Shown here piece after piece: positions 37,530-49,750 of a DNA stretch of 64,000 nucleotides. Every line of letters starts with the position of its first letter. Position 1 is the stretch's first letter. Origin of the DNA: Camelus ferus (Eukaryota); assembly GCF_009834535.1 (NCBI RefSeq), contig NC_045696.1, positions 105,092,001 through 105,156,000 of the forward strand, in the 5' to 3' direction. The notes under the pieces are model-generated. The model was not told the origin of the DNA and made no database searches. It saw only the letters and a list, made by a program, of their open reading frames with translations. Both the position numbers and the translations under genes were made by a program.

Positions 37530-38180
37530 AGGAAATGAAAACACCTGCCTGATTTGCATGCAGTGAGGATTAAAATAATTTCTGAAATGAAGCTGGTGCG
37601 TAGTAGGTCCCTATCACGTGCTGGGCTCTTTCGCAGTAACAGGTATTCTGTGCATTCTGCGGGAACTGCTCGTCCCCCAGCTAGCGGTGTTATTTGCCGG
37701 AGGAGGTTTCTCTACCGTTTTCCTCCGGCTCTTAATTGCCACATCTCTCAAAGCCCCACTAATAAGAGAGAAAGCTCGCTCCCATCCTTTCCAAACCTTG
37801 CCCTTTGAAGCAGCTGGGGATGGCGGCCTGTGCTCTCTGTCTTGGCCATTTCTGCTGTTTTTCTCTTCAAAGAAGGTATATAAATATTCAGAGAATCCTG
37901 GCATTTAGATGCCCTACAATTTAAGGATCTATTTAAAATTAAGCATGCTGAATAAAAGTCCTTTATGAGGTGTTCTAAACCCTTATAAAATACCATCGCC
38001 GACACCTCAGTGAGTGGGTTATTTGCAGCTTCATAAACAGGGCAAGTTGTGGATGTCTCAGCTGCACTGGGCTCTACCTCAGTTCCTTCTCGTAAAGTGG
38101 ATCAGACCCTCGGAAGACTGTTTATGAACCTCGCAGAAGGTACCCAGCCCAGCCTAAGACTGGGGATCCATTAAAGAATT
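37530..38180. promoter_or_regulatory. Candidate enhancer with a posterior HOX/CDX-type motif cluster
   Basis: No recognisable repeat, CpGs retained, five TTTAY-class motifs in 37962-38127. Motif evidence only. Confidence 0.4.
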
Positions 38181-39924
38181 ATGTCCTGGGGCACGAGTGA
38201 TCTCTGAAAGGAGGGGAGAAGCAAATTGAGACAGGGCTAGGGAAAGCTAGCACATGAATCTCAAGGTCTGAAATGTCCTGGTCTTCTATACCTGCTTATC
38301 GGCGTGTCTGGTGGTGAGAGCCTGGACGGTCAGGAAGCTCCCTCATGCTTCTCCTGCAGGGGCCTCCTGTGGACGGGAGGGGCCCTCGGGCCAACACCTA
38401 CCGAGGGGACTTTGGGCCTTCTTCTGAAGCCCTTTCCCCTGCTGTCTCAGGTAAAATAAAGTTACGGTTCAAAGGGAGAATGACACATACACACAGTACC
38501 AACGTCATTTTCTTTGTTTCTACATTCTGCTGCAGTGACATGAGATGCAGTCATCGGGGGAATCTGAGTGAGGGGGCACAGGACCTCCTTGTACTGTCTT
38601 TGCCACTTCCTGTGAATCTATAATTATTTTTTAAAGTTAAAGACTCAAAGAGAAGCACCAGGTCTTGAAGAACTCATTCTAGACTGCTTGGTGAACGGCA
38701 CACAATGTGAGGAGGCTGTTACCACTTGCCCTAGGGAGTCATTTTCAGACTGGGTTTGGGTGATTTTGGTTTTTTTGTAAACTGATCCTTTTCATTTAAA
38801 CTCAACAAAGAAAATTTGATTCACTAGACATTTGTTTAAATGTCTACTAAGTATCCTGCTCTATGCTAGACTGTTGAGTTTGGTACTCAAAGGAATATGT
38901 TAATTATATTTACAGTAAACATCCATATTACATTATAGAGAGTACTGTGTTTTATACTTTACACTAAGACCTATAAATCTTCACAGGCTAGTCCCTTGGT
39001 CAGCACCTAAAATTTTCATTGATTGGTTGGCTAATTCAATAATATTCTTCCTGTATAAGTGCTGATTAATTTCAATCCAATCAATGATTCAACAAATGCC
39101 TATTGAGCACCTACTATGTAAAGTCTGGAATTCAACAAATAACTATTAAACCAACTATGTGCTCAGTGCCGTGGGATTCAAGTAGGTGATGCTAATCTTG
39201 GCCTAACTGTACTGACCTTAACAATGGTGGTCCCAGGACACTCCACATGTTGTTCATTGCAACCACTCTGTGTGGCAGGTGGTGTCACCATCATCATCAT
39301 CATCATCATCATTGTCATTCCCACTTCATAAGTGAAGTAGAAAAGTGAAACAACTCACCCAAGTTCACACAGCTAGTAAGTAGAGTTGGGATTCAAACCC
39401 ATAGTATGGTTGGAGAGTCTAAGTTTTTGACTCTGCACTACATTGCCTTTTTCTAAGGGACAGAACCAAAAAGTGTACAAAGTGCAATGGGATCGCCTAG
39501 GCAGGAATGAGTCACTCTAAGATGAAGGATGAGAGAAGATTTCCCAGAGGAGGAGACATCAGAGCTGAGTTCTGAAGGCTGAGTTCAGTCAGCACAGTCA
39601 GAAGACAGAGAAAATGAATCACCTGAGTGACTGAGCAGTTACTCTGATGTCCTCCTGAGCTATGTACCCCCAGCCCTGTTTCCCTTGACATTGCATGGTG
39701 ATGCCTGTATGTCAAAGCCCTAGGAACTCAGGTCCTATGGGACCAGACATGTCCACTATTTGTGCAGCCTGGCTCTTGCTTTCCAAGCTCTCCAGAACTC
39801 ACTTTTACCACATAAAAGGACAAGACTGTCTTTGACAGCTGCTAGCTTAGTCACCCGATTCTCTGCATTGCAAGGACTTTTTGGTGCCCAAACGTGGCAA
39901 GAATATCTTTAAGGGCTCAGATAA

Positions 39925-40070
39925 TAATTTTTTTACTGTGGGGGGAAAAACACATATAACATGAAAACTACTTTCTTAATCAATTTTTAAGTGGACAATA
40001 CAGTACTGTTCACTGTAGGTACGTTGTACGGCAGATCTCTAGAACTTTTTTATCTTATGTGACTGAAATT
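39925..40070 (-). mobile_element. L1MA8/9-type 3' terminal fragment
   Basis: aatttttaagtggacaatacagt...gttgtacggcagatctctagaactt. Confidence 0.75.
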
Positions 40071-40819
40071 AGGTAAGATGGGGACTTAATTAAGCCCCAA
40101 GCATTGGATTGGGCACTGTCCAAGGTCCTAAAATACTAGTACCAGAGCAGCAGTTTCTTGGTAAGTTTTCAGAAAATGCTAGAACAAAAAGAGAACATTA
40201 CCCACTGTTTCAGTCAACTAGTGCTGAGTATGAGACATAAATCAAAGTGATAAAGGCAGAAAGTGAAATGTTTTCCTTAAATAAAATAAGCTAAAAAATC
40301 ATACACAAGACCACTTTGGAAACTGTAGTGTTACAGAGGTGAGTTGTCTTCCAAAGAAGACACGGTGAACCCCAGACTAATGAGCACTGGACAGGGAGTC
40401 CACTGCCTTCTAGTCAAAATTCCAGTTCTGCTCCTCAGATAGTAAGACCTCCCATTCCAAACTCACAATGATCAAAATAAAAATGAAATACTGCATGAGA
40501 GGGCACTTCTGTATCATGAAAGCATTAATACATAAGATATTGTTATTGCTAGTGTAGTAATAAACAGTGCAGTAAGCATTGCCATGTTAGACAAATTTAT
40601 TCCTACAAAATAAAAATCTCTTAGGGTTCTGATTCTCTCACGATTACTATAGAATAAAGCTCTAAGTCCTCTTTTTATGGAATCAAACAAGCCTGTTCAT
40701 AAAAAGGACACCGAGCTCCCTTTTGAAGAACACTCATCCCTGACATAGCCCAAGTGATAAGGCAGAACATTTGACAATGACCTAATGACAGGACAAGACC
40801 TTCTCTGGAACAGATAATG

Positions 40820-41830
40820 AGGTGACAGAACATGCAGAGAGGTCACAGGTCAGACCCTGTGAATCTGAAACCACAGGATTCAAACGTGATGCTGGGCAGA
40901 AGGTTGTGCTATCCAACTCCAAGCTAAAAACACACTCACATCACATCCAAAAGAGTCAAAACATGTTTATGCACTCCACAAACACTGTGGAGGCCCTGCA
41001 TTCCAGGGTCTCTGCCAACCAGTAACTTCTTGGAAAGGGTAGCAGGAGGAAGGTTATGAAGCATCTTGAGGGTTCAGCCAAAGCCTTTAAATAGCATCCC
41101 TAAAGTTTGCCTAAAAACTTTAAATAGAAGAATGGAAAGATCAGTCTTGGATTTTAGAAAGAGAGTGGGACTCTCATTGAGACAGAAAGGGCAACTAAGG
41201 GCTGGCATCTCAGCAAAAGAGAATAAATTCTAAGCTGTTAGCAAAAAGAGGTAAAGAGAAAGGTTCAGGTCCAGAAGAAATTTGATGGGAAACTCTACTG
41301 GGTTTGTGTCTGATAGGACTGGGGAAGGGATGGGAAATCTAGAACATTATCTAGATTCCAGGATTGGCACCTCGAATTGACATTGGTGCCATTCATCAGG
41401 CCACAGAACACAGGAGGCAAAGGAGTGGGCTTGGGGAGGTGGGGTGGGGAGGATGATGAATTCCGCTTGGCATATGGTAAGTTTGGAGGCCGTATGGGCA
41501 GAGGCAGTCCTTGGTGGAGATAAGTCTGGAGACAGTCAGAGCTCTCAGCTGGACTGAGAGTTGTCACCAAGTGGATAGTAGTTAAAATCAAGGTGTGTGA
41601 GCTTGGCCAGGCAACAGATAGACAGTGGAGAGACCACAGATCCAAGGACAGAACCTCAGGGAAGCCAGGCACCACTGAAGCAGAGAAGATGTCGTGGGAG
41701 ACCAAGAAGGACCAACCAAAGAAGTGAGAGGAAACCCAGGACAGAGTGATGTCAAGTGATGCCCTGCAGAGCCAGAATCCCAGAGGTAGGATTTCAGTCA
41801 AATGTGCCCAGAATGAGTGACACCAGCTCT
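40820..41830 (-). mobile_element. L2 LINE
   Basis: tggtgccattcatc..gaacacaggagg...gatgatgaattccgcttggcatatggtaagtttg...aggacagaacctcagggaa...gaggaaacccaggacagagtgatgtca. Confidence 0.8.
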
Positions 41831-42360
41831 TCAAGTCAATGCTCTGAAATTCCAAAACAAATAAAGAGTAGAATATTCATTGAGTGCCAGTCCTTTCCTA
41901 AAAGTCTGCTGAGGAACCAGAGAATCATAAGACACAATTCCTGTCCTCAAAGCACCTCAGTCCAGGGTGTGGACCCTGAGAGCTATGAGGAGTCAAAGGA
42001 GGTTCAGGGGCCATGGCAGTACTTAGGAAGGCTTTGTGCAGAGTTTGACACTAGAAAGGTGCGGAAGCATTGGAATATAGACTGGGGTCCACGAAATAGA
42101 AACAAAGAGCAGCATGGAAAGGAACAAAGCCTCTGTAGATTACATCTTGCCTAAAATGGACACTGTTTTTACCTACACTCTGCCTTGCAGCCACATTAAA
42201 TGACATGCAATTCCTCCAAAACTCCAAGCTCTATCTGCCTCCAGGACTTTGCATCTTCTATGTCCACTGTCTGTGCTGCCTTACACCCCTTTTACGATGC
42301 ACACCCTGCCCCAGACTGATCAGCAGACTGAACTCCTTGAGGGCAGAAACTCGGTCTTAC

Positions 42361-42377
42361 ATCTATCTATCTATCTG

Positions 42378-42414
<37 letters not shown>
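42361..42414. repeat. (ATCT)~13 tetranucleotide microsatellite with one GTCT variant
   Basis: Read directly; lies within an L2 3' end (~42130-42480). Confidence 0.97.
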
Positions 42415-43062
42415 AGGTCTAAAGTAATGTTATTAAATTCAACTATCACATTTGTTAGCTAAATAAATGAATGCTAAGAAGCAGCAGGAAGTAGGCTGGA
42501 AGAGGCAGGGAAGATGCTCTGCGAAGCAATGCGGTTTTTAACTGATTCACCAGGTGTTTGAGTGGTGAATTATTATTCACCATTATTATTATTTACATTA
42601 TTCCAATGTGAGACGAACTGACAGATCAATAGATTTTATAATGGCAGTGTGAGGCTTGAATTAGATTTGGGGAGAAGCAGACATTATCTCCAGATTTAGA
42701 ATTTTTTTTCAGCCTATCAACTTTTTAACCACAAAATGAATTTTAAGCCAAAGCAGTCTGGGTAATCACTTCTGAAATACTGCAGCATATCAGTAACAAT
42801 CCCTCGGAGTCTGGGAGCTCAGCTTTACGGAAAGATAAATGTTGCTCCCTTTGACCTTTTAATATTCAAAGAGTTCTTGGCTTGGGAGAATTGTGGTTGA
42901 CCAGTTGCCACCTCCTACTGTGCTAGACTGAGCCAGCCCAGCTATCCAGCCCTGTTCTGAGAGTGTTGATAGCAAATGGCTTCCAAGAAGCACCAGGCTC
43001 AGCAACTTACTTCTTTACCTCCTTGCTGGAATCACTGATCTTTCCTCCACTCGTCCTGCCTC

Positions 43063-43470
43063 ATCATGGTGAAGAGTGCAGCCTCTGCAGCCGGACTGCT
43101 TGGGTTCCAAACCTGTTGGCTGTACTTTCTAGCTAAAGGATCCTGGGGAGTCAGTCAACCTTCCTGAGACTCAATTTCCTCACTTATAAAGTAGAGATTA
43201 TAATTGCCTACCTCATAGGGCAGCTGTCCTCAACTGTAAGCAGTCGTGCCACAAGGGGACATTTGAGAGTGTCTGGAGACATTTTTGATCGTCACGATTG
43301 GTGAGGAATGCTTTTGGCATCTGGTAAATAAAGGCCAGGGATGCTACTAAACATCCTACAGCGCACAGGACAGCTCCCCCAACAAAGAATGGTCCAGGCC
43401 GTACTGTCAACAGCACAGCGATTCAGAAACACTGCTCACAGGGTTATTATGAAGCATTTGACTAATGTCA
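43063..43470 (+). mobile_element. MIR interrupted by MER20
   Basis: The MIR runs to cctacctcataggg and resumes at ctcacagggttattatgaag. Confidence 0.85.
43221..43434. mobile_element. MER20
   Basis: ggggacatttg..gtgtctggagacattttt...ggccagggatgctactaaacatcctaca; flanked by ctcataggg and ctcacaggg. Confidence 0.92.
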
Positions 43471-45609
43471 CCTCCTCCCAGACTCATCACCAAAATCCCA
43501 TCTTTCCCCTTGGCCTCTAGCTCCTTGTTCAAAATCCTCCCCTCATCTTTTCCTCCCCGCATGACCACCACAAATACACTGATGAAAGCCCACATCTTTC
43601 CACACGTGAAATCTTATATCCCCTAATTTACCTTCCTTGGCTCCCATCGTGGAGCAAATCTCCCTCGTGAAACTATGGTGCCTCACGGCCAGGCTTGGTA
43701 TTTTCCTCTGTGTGTCTTCAGCGCCAATCGCAATAGCTGGCATGTGATTGTGGACGGTGCCAAGTGGGTGTTTGCTGGACCAGCTGGAGACCCACATCTT
43801 GGTGAACTACCAGATCATCTGTTCTAATACTCCCCTAGGCACTAACCCCCAAAAGGCTGCTCAAAGACAAAATGTAAACATCTTAGCTATCTCCCCCCAA
43901 AGTCCCAACCTCCACTCATGACTTCATTTCCCACTACCTTACACGCACCTTTTTTTCAAGCCACACTGTCATGTTTACTGACTACAAAGCATATCTTATC
44001 TAGTCATGTTTCTGTACGTTTGCTCAGTGTCCCCTACCTTGGTTCCTTCTCCTTTCTTTTCACATAATCAAATGCTAACCACCCTTCAAATCAAAACTCA
44101 AGCCCACCTCCTCCCAAAAGCTTTCCAGACAACCCCAATCCATCAACCTCTGTCTCTTTCTCTTTTTCTTTCTCTGCACATGGTCACCTTGGGCATGATG
44201 CTTCTCTTTCTGAGACTCAGTTTCCTTAACTGTGAACCAGGCATTGACGGAGTCTTTTATGCAGCCCTAAATCCACAAATTTTCTCCAACTGAATATTGA
44301 AACCATGGAGAAACTGGGCAAAATTTGAAAGAAAACTGCTGTCTATATCTGTAGATGTTATTACTATTATTTGAGTATATCCCCTAGTTTTTTCTTGAGT
44401 TTTTCTTGATTTAAATTGTCCAATCCTTCTTAAGGTAAGAAGGAGAGATCATTTTTTAATGATTTGGGGGAGGGAGGGATCAAGAAAAACCAAACAGTTA
44501 TTAAAATCCTTATCTCTTGCCTCCCTGTACTCCTCAGCCCCAGGCTCTCAGAGTGGAAAGTTGACCATATGTTCCAATAAGCTTCACCCTCGGAAGCTTT
44601 TGGCTTCCATTAATAAATGTAATTGAGAGCAATGAAACATTTGGATCTCACTTTAATAAGTCAACACAATGTAAATGAAGACTGGCTGGCAGGAGGCTCT
44701 TGTCCTGGAAAAGGAAGTATCTCTTCCCCCTGCAGCCGGCTGTTTAGGGGCTCAGGACGGAATATGAGACTGGCTGGGTCGGTGTGAAAAGGGAGGTCAT
44801 GATGTATACCTAAATCAAAAGCAACCCAACATGTTTTGTTAAATTAAGAAAGCAAGATGCATGATCATGTGTCGGAAAAAATACTATTCTCAGTATCTGT
44901 CTATGTTTGTAAATGCACAACCCGTGGAAGGACACACAAGGAACTGGTGATGGTGGTCGGACCTGGGAGAAGAACTGGGTGGAAGAGGAGGTAGAAGCAT
45001 GGCTTACTCTTCTTTGTGTTTTCTATTTTTGTCTTTTTGAATGTATGTCAAATGTGTATTTGCAAAGAATAAGCAAATTTACAAAAGGAAAGAAAAGCAA
45101 GGGTTTTGTATGAGGGTATGAATCCCTTCCACCACCTACCAGCTGTGTACGTGGAGGGGGCTGTCTAACCTTGCTGAGCTTTGGTTTCCTCAGTTTCTAG
45201 GCAGGGATAATATTATCTCCCATATTAGATTATCATGAGGACTGGAGGAGACAGTGGCCAACACTAGAGGCTCAGTCAGTGGTACCCTCAGCCAGCAGCA
45301 TCCCAGTCACTGATACCACAGTGAGTAAAGAGCCCCAAAGAATGCCAGCCAAAAAGACTGGTTCAGTGCCTGCATCAGAAGATGCTCTTTCTCTCTCCTT
45401 GGCTGCAGTCTGATCCTTAACTCTGACCCCAAGACTGACCATGGCCTTGAACTAAATCCTGTTGGAATAACTCCCTATTCATGACCCTAGTCATGACCAA
45501 GGCAGGGTGTTGGCCTAAGTGGAGCCTGCAAGAGAGCCAGAAAAACAGTGGGAGTCAGGCTAGAGGTGTGGCCAGGACAATCTTGGTTTAGAAGCTCTCC
45601 GTTATAACA

Positions 45610-46267
45610 GCCCTCACTGCTGGCAGGAGTGTAAATTGGTCCAACACTTTACAAAACTGTTAGGCAGTACTGACTAAAGCTAAACATAAAACTACCCTAT
45701 AACCAGCAATTCCATTTCTCGATATATACGCAACAGAATTGAGCACATATGTCCACACAAAGACTGGCCCAAGAATATATGTTCACAGAAGCTTTATTTA
45801 TAATAGTCACGAAACAATAACAACCAAAATGTCCACCATCGGAAGACTGGATAAACAAATTGTGGCATATTCGTGCAATGGAATACCACCCGGCCTTGGG
45901 AAAGAATAAATTACTTGTGCTCAACATAATGTGGACAAATCATACATTATATTATATTGGGTTAAAAAAATCCAGACACAAATGTAAACGTACTGTACAT
46001 AGTCAAACAACTGGCAAAATTTACTGAATGATAACAAGTCAAATGAATCTTTATCATGGGAGAGTAGGTACTGAGTGGGAAAAGGCTCAAAGGAAACTTC
46101 TTGGGTGCTAGAAATGTTCAATATCTTGATCTGGATGGTATCACATGGGCGTCTACAGAGGCAAAAAACCATCAAGCTGTGCACTCAAGACTTGTGCGTT
46201 CTATACATTTTATGATGTGTATATCATATCTCGACCAAAAAGGAAAAAATGTAATACAAAAAAAAAA
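45610..46267 (+). mobile_element. L1ME-type 3' end
   Basis: actgctggcaggagtgtaaattggt, ccagcaattccatttct, tggataaacaaattgtggcatatt, terminal A-rich tail. Confidence 0.85.
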
Positions 46268-46559
46268 TACATCTCTCTCATAAATTTTCCCACCTGTCCC
46301 TGTGCTGACCCACCTCGCTGGCCAGCAAGTCTGCCCTGTTATCTAAGTTGTCATCCTTCCCAGGTGGGGCCAAGCCTCTCCCCCCGGCTCCATTCACATT
46401 GTCCTGGAAAACTTTATCTTCCAGAATGGACTCCTTGAGCGGCCACCTTGTCCCTCAAGTGTCTAGGGGTGGCAGCCCCACACCGCATCCTTCCACCTTG
46501 GGGACAGCGGCTCCCACTCCCCAGGGCTTCTATACACCGGGCTTGGGGGGAGGGGGGAG

Positions 46560-46770
46560 GATTCATCAGCGCGGAGGAGCAGGTGAGCGGCCTGCTCACC
46601 TTAAAGCGGCAGGGCTGCCTCCACACCGCCTGAAGCAGGAGGCGCCTCTCATCAGCTGAGGAGCATAAATCCACCTGCAGCTTCAAGGAGGGGTCCTTTG
46701 TTATTTGTTTGGTGTCAACAACGCAGAGAAACAGATGGAAATCAGAATTGCTAATACTCTCGGCTGAGGT
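46560..46770. promoter_or_regulatory. Candidate enhancer (E-box/SOX/FOX/TALE motif cluster)
   Basis: Four E-boxes, CCTTTGTT, TATTTGT, TGTCA and CATAAATC in about 160 bp of unique CpG-retaining sequence. Motif evidence only. Confidence 0.4.
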
Positions 46771-48659
46771 CTTTTGAGACAGTTGGCTTCCACGCCAGGC
46801 TCCCTCTGCTGGTTCTTTGGGAAATGCATCTGTTTGGCCAGGATCCTTACTCCGGATGGAACTGGCCGCAGCCAGGGTACTCCATGCTGGAAAGCCCCTT
46901 TCACATGTCTTTCTCCTTCCCCATCTTTTCTCCGGAGTCCCCGGGGTGACCATTGTGGATATCCCAATCAGCCTCAAGGCAGGAGAGCCAGGAGGCCAAG
47001 GGAAGCAGGGGTGTGGCCTTGAGCCAGTTGATAATTTTGGTATCCCCGCTGCTCCCAACACACATATAGGCACACGCACAAGCACACGTACACACCACGG
47101 GTGACTCTTGCTGGCTTCCTTCCTTCCTTCCTTCCTTTCTTTTCAGATACTTAAGAGGACACATGGATGTTTCTGATAACGTTGGTTCCTCAGGGAGAAA
47201 CTGGGAATTTCACTCCCAGAATAGATTTCCCCAAGAATATGGAAAACTACCCAAGTCTGTCTCTCTTCCAAGCCCTAATTTACATAGAAATTTGAAGGGT
47301 AGAGAAGAGGTGGTCTTAGAGGCCAGGGTTCCAAGCTACTTAAAATAAATGCATCTATTTCCATCTCTGGGCCCCCTCCAGGGACTCTTGTCCCTCAGGA
47401 ATTCTCAGGACTGTTTTTATCTGGAGAAAGCTAGGAGATTTGTGAACTATGCCCAACTGAACACAGGCCTCTGCTTTTGTTCCAACCTAGGGCTTCAGAA
47501 TTCCCTCCTGTGTCATTAAAACCACTTGAGGTGTAATTATAGCTCTTTTGCCCACTGACCCTTGGGAGTGGGGGGCAGGAGGTGAGAAATGGAATTCACT
47601 CTTTTTAGACACTTCAGCTCTTTTCCAGTAACCGCTATTTAAAGCCCTGTCAAGCTAACCAATTGCTGCAATCTTGTCAGAAAGATGTCTGTCTTTTTAT
47701 TTTCATCTTTTGAGTTCCAAGATGAGATTGGATGTAGGTAAAACTTAGCTTTCAAGTCCTAAATGAATGTTCGAAGTGACAAAGAAAATAAGAGCATCAA
47801 GACACAGTGCAAAGCTTCCCTCTGCTCTGGTTTCTGTTTGGGCCGGCGTTTCCAGCACCTTCGGTATTGCAGAGCGCATTTGTTCAGATCCACAGGGCCT
47901 GGTAGGACAGAGTGTAAATATCACAATAGCCTGGATTCTGAGGCAATAGATTTGGAAACATCTGGTTGATTGTTTAAAATCTTATCCAAGTAATAATCCC
48001 TACCATTTGTCCAAAGCAGCTGGGCTTCCTATCGTATGCACTTGGATCACATGACTGGATGAGAGTTAATTGGGTGCCGCACTCCCAGGGGCTTCCCGTG
48101 GGCCACGCATGATTCCCTTTCCGACTCCACTCTGAGCCATCGCCATCCTCTCCACTCAAGGAAGCAATCTTGCCGAGCAGGGGAGTGAGCACGATGCTGT
48201 TAAGGGACAGCAAAGTATCTGCTCTAATCTGTTCCAAAAGTGAATCTGTCACAAACAAGGATTTTTAGGGACAGTCTGTGTTGGATCTTGGGCAGTCGGG
48301 AACCCACTGGCTGAGTTCCTCCAGAGTCCCTTCACAAACATCATCCACCCAGTATGCCCCTTCAGCTCCAGGTTAGTACTGGTCAGCCCCGACCCATTCA
48401 CGATGCTGGTGATGGCTGGGAAAAGGGCATGGTAGGCTTGACTTTCTGGCAGATGCTGTGTGGCCCCGGGGCAGGACAGGAACTGGCAAGAGGAAGCAGA
48501 GGAGGACTCTTGGGCAGAAGTGCCAACTGAGGAAGGAGCTGCTGTCTGGGAGGAGAACACAGCCAGGAAGGGGACTGAGCAGGAGAATGGACAACTGCTT
48601 GACAGGCTGCCAGCAGCAGTGGTGCCCAACACCCATCTATCCAGGGCACCAGGTTGTCA

Positions 48660-48870
48660 ATAGTTGCTATGCCCGGGAGAAAGAAGGTTTCAGTGACCAA
48701 AGAAGTCTGGGAAATGTTTGATCAAAATTAAATGGGTTTCTTTTCAGCAAGACTTCTAAGAGTCTTTAATGTGCAAATGATGAGGGTTATAGTTTGTGGT
48801 ACTTATACAGCCTGTTAGATCTCAGACTGCCTTTCTTTTATTTCCAGAGCATCTCGAAGGGTTAATTCTT
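48660..48870. mobile_element. MER103C-like element
   Basis: aagtctgggaaatg...gggtttcttttcagcaagacttctaagagtctttaatgtgc...gagcatctcg. Confidence 0.65.
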
Positions 48871-49351
48871 TAGTCACCTGGGTCAAGTGGGAAGCTATGT
48901 TACCCAGAAACCACTCCTCTCCAGGGTTCCAAGTTCAAGCTGGCTAAAAGCGGAATTTGCATGAGATTCAGGAAGTGGAAATGAAGCAGTAACCACTTCC
49001 CTCTGAAGGTTTCTGAGTTCAAAGAAGGGTACGGGTGGACACGGAGGTGCCTGATGGATTCCAACTTGCTGTGTTCTATCACTCTGTATCTGGCTCTTCA
49101 TCCTGGTCTCTAACCCTGATCACCAACAGTGGCCCCAGGCTCACCACTGGATTCTTAGTAACAGAGCAGACAGCTGGAGAGGCAGCAACTTCCCACAGAG
49201 CTCTCCGGGGGCTCCCCGTTCACATGCCCACTTCAGCAGCCCGACCCTGCTTAGATTCTCAGATTTGCCCTGCCGGATCCAACTGTCCATCTACCCCAGG
49301 GCTATAGGAAGACGGATTGTAACTTTATTGGTCCTCTGGCCTCCCTTCCAG

Positions 49352-49750
49352 AGTATAGTAGTTTGCTCGGGCTGCCTCCCATAACAAAGTATCTCAGGCT
49401 GGTGAGTCAAATGACCAGAATTTGTTGTCTCATTGTCCTGGAGGCTGGAAGTCTGAGATCAACATATCTGCCAGTCTGGTTTCTTCTGAGGCCCCTCTCC
49501 TTGGCTTGTAGATGGTGGACCTCTCGCTGTGTCTTCACGTGGTCTTCCCCCACGTGTGGGTTTGTGTCCTAATCTCCTCTTCTTATAAGGACACCAGTCA
49601 GATTGGATTAGAACCCACTCTAGTGACCTCGTTTAATTTTAATTATCTCTTTAAAGACCCTATCTCCAAACATAGCCATATTTTGAGGTACTGGGGGTTA
49701 GGGCTTCAAAATATGAATTTGGGGCGGGGGACACAGTTCAGCCCATAACA
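49352..49750 (-). mobile_element. MLT1B-type solo LTR
   Basis: tagtttgctcgggctgcc...tcttataaggacaccagtcagattggattag...gggacacagttcagcccataaca. Confidence 0.92.

Noticed and set aside
39085..39165. Two spaced ~33-bp near-repeats (CRISPR-like)
   Set aside because: There are only two degenerate units of an L2 3' end, in a eukaryotic context with no cas genes.
41295..41855. 186-aa ORF
   Set aside because: It lies entirely within a decayed L2.
46414..47085. 223-aa ORF on - strand, the longest in the window
   Set aside because: No recognisable homology, non-ATG start, and composition typical of a chance GC-rich ORF.
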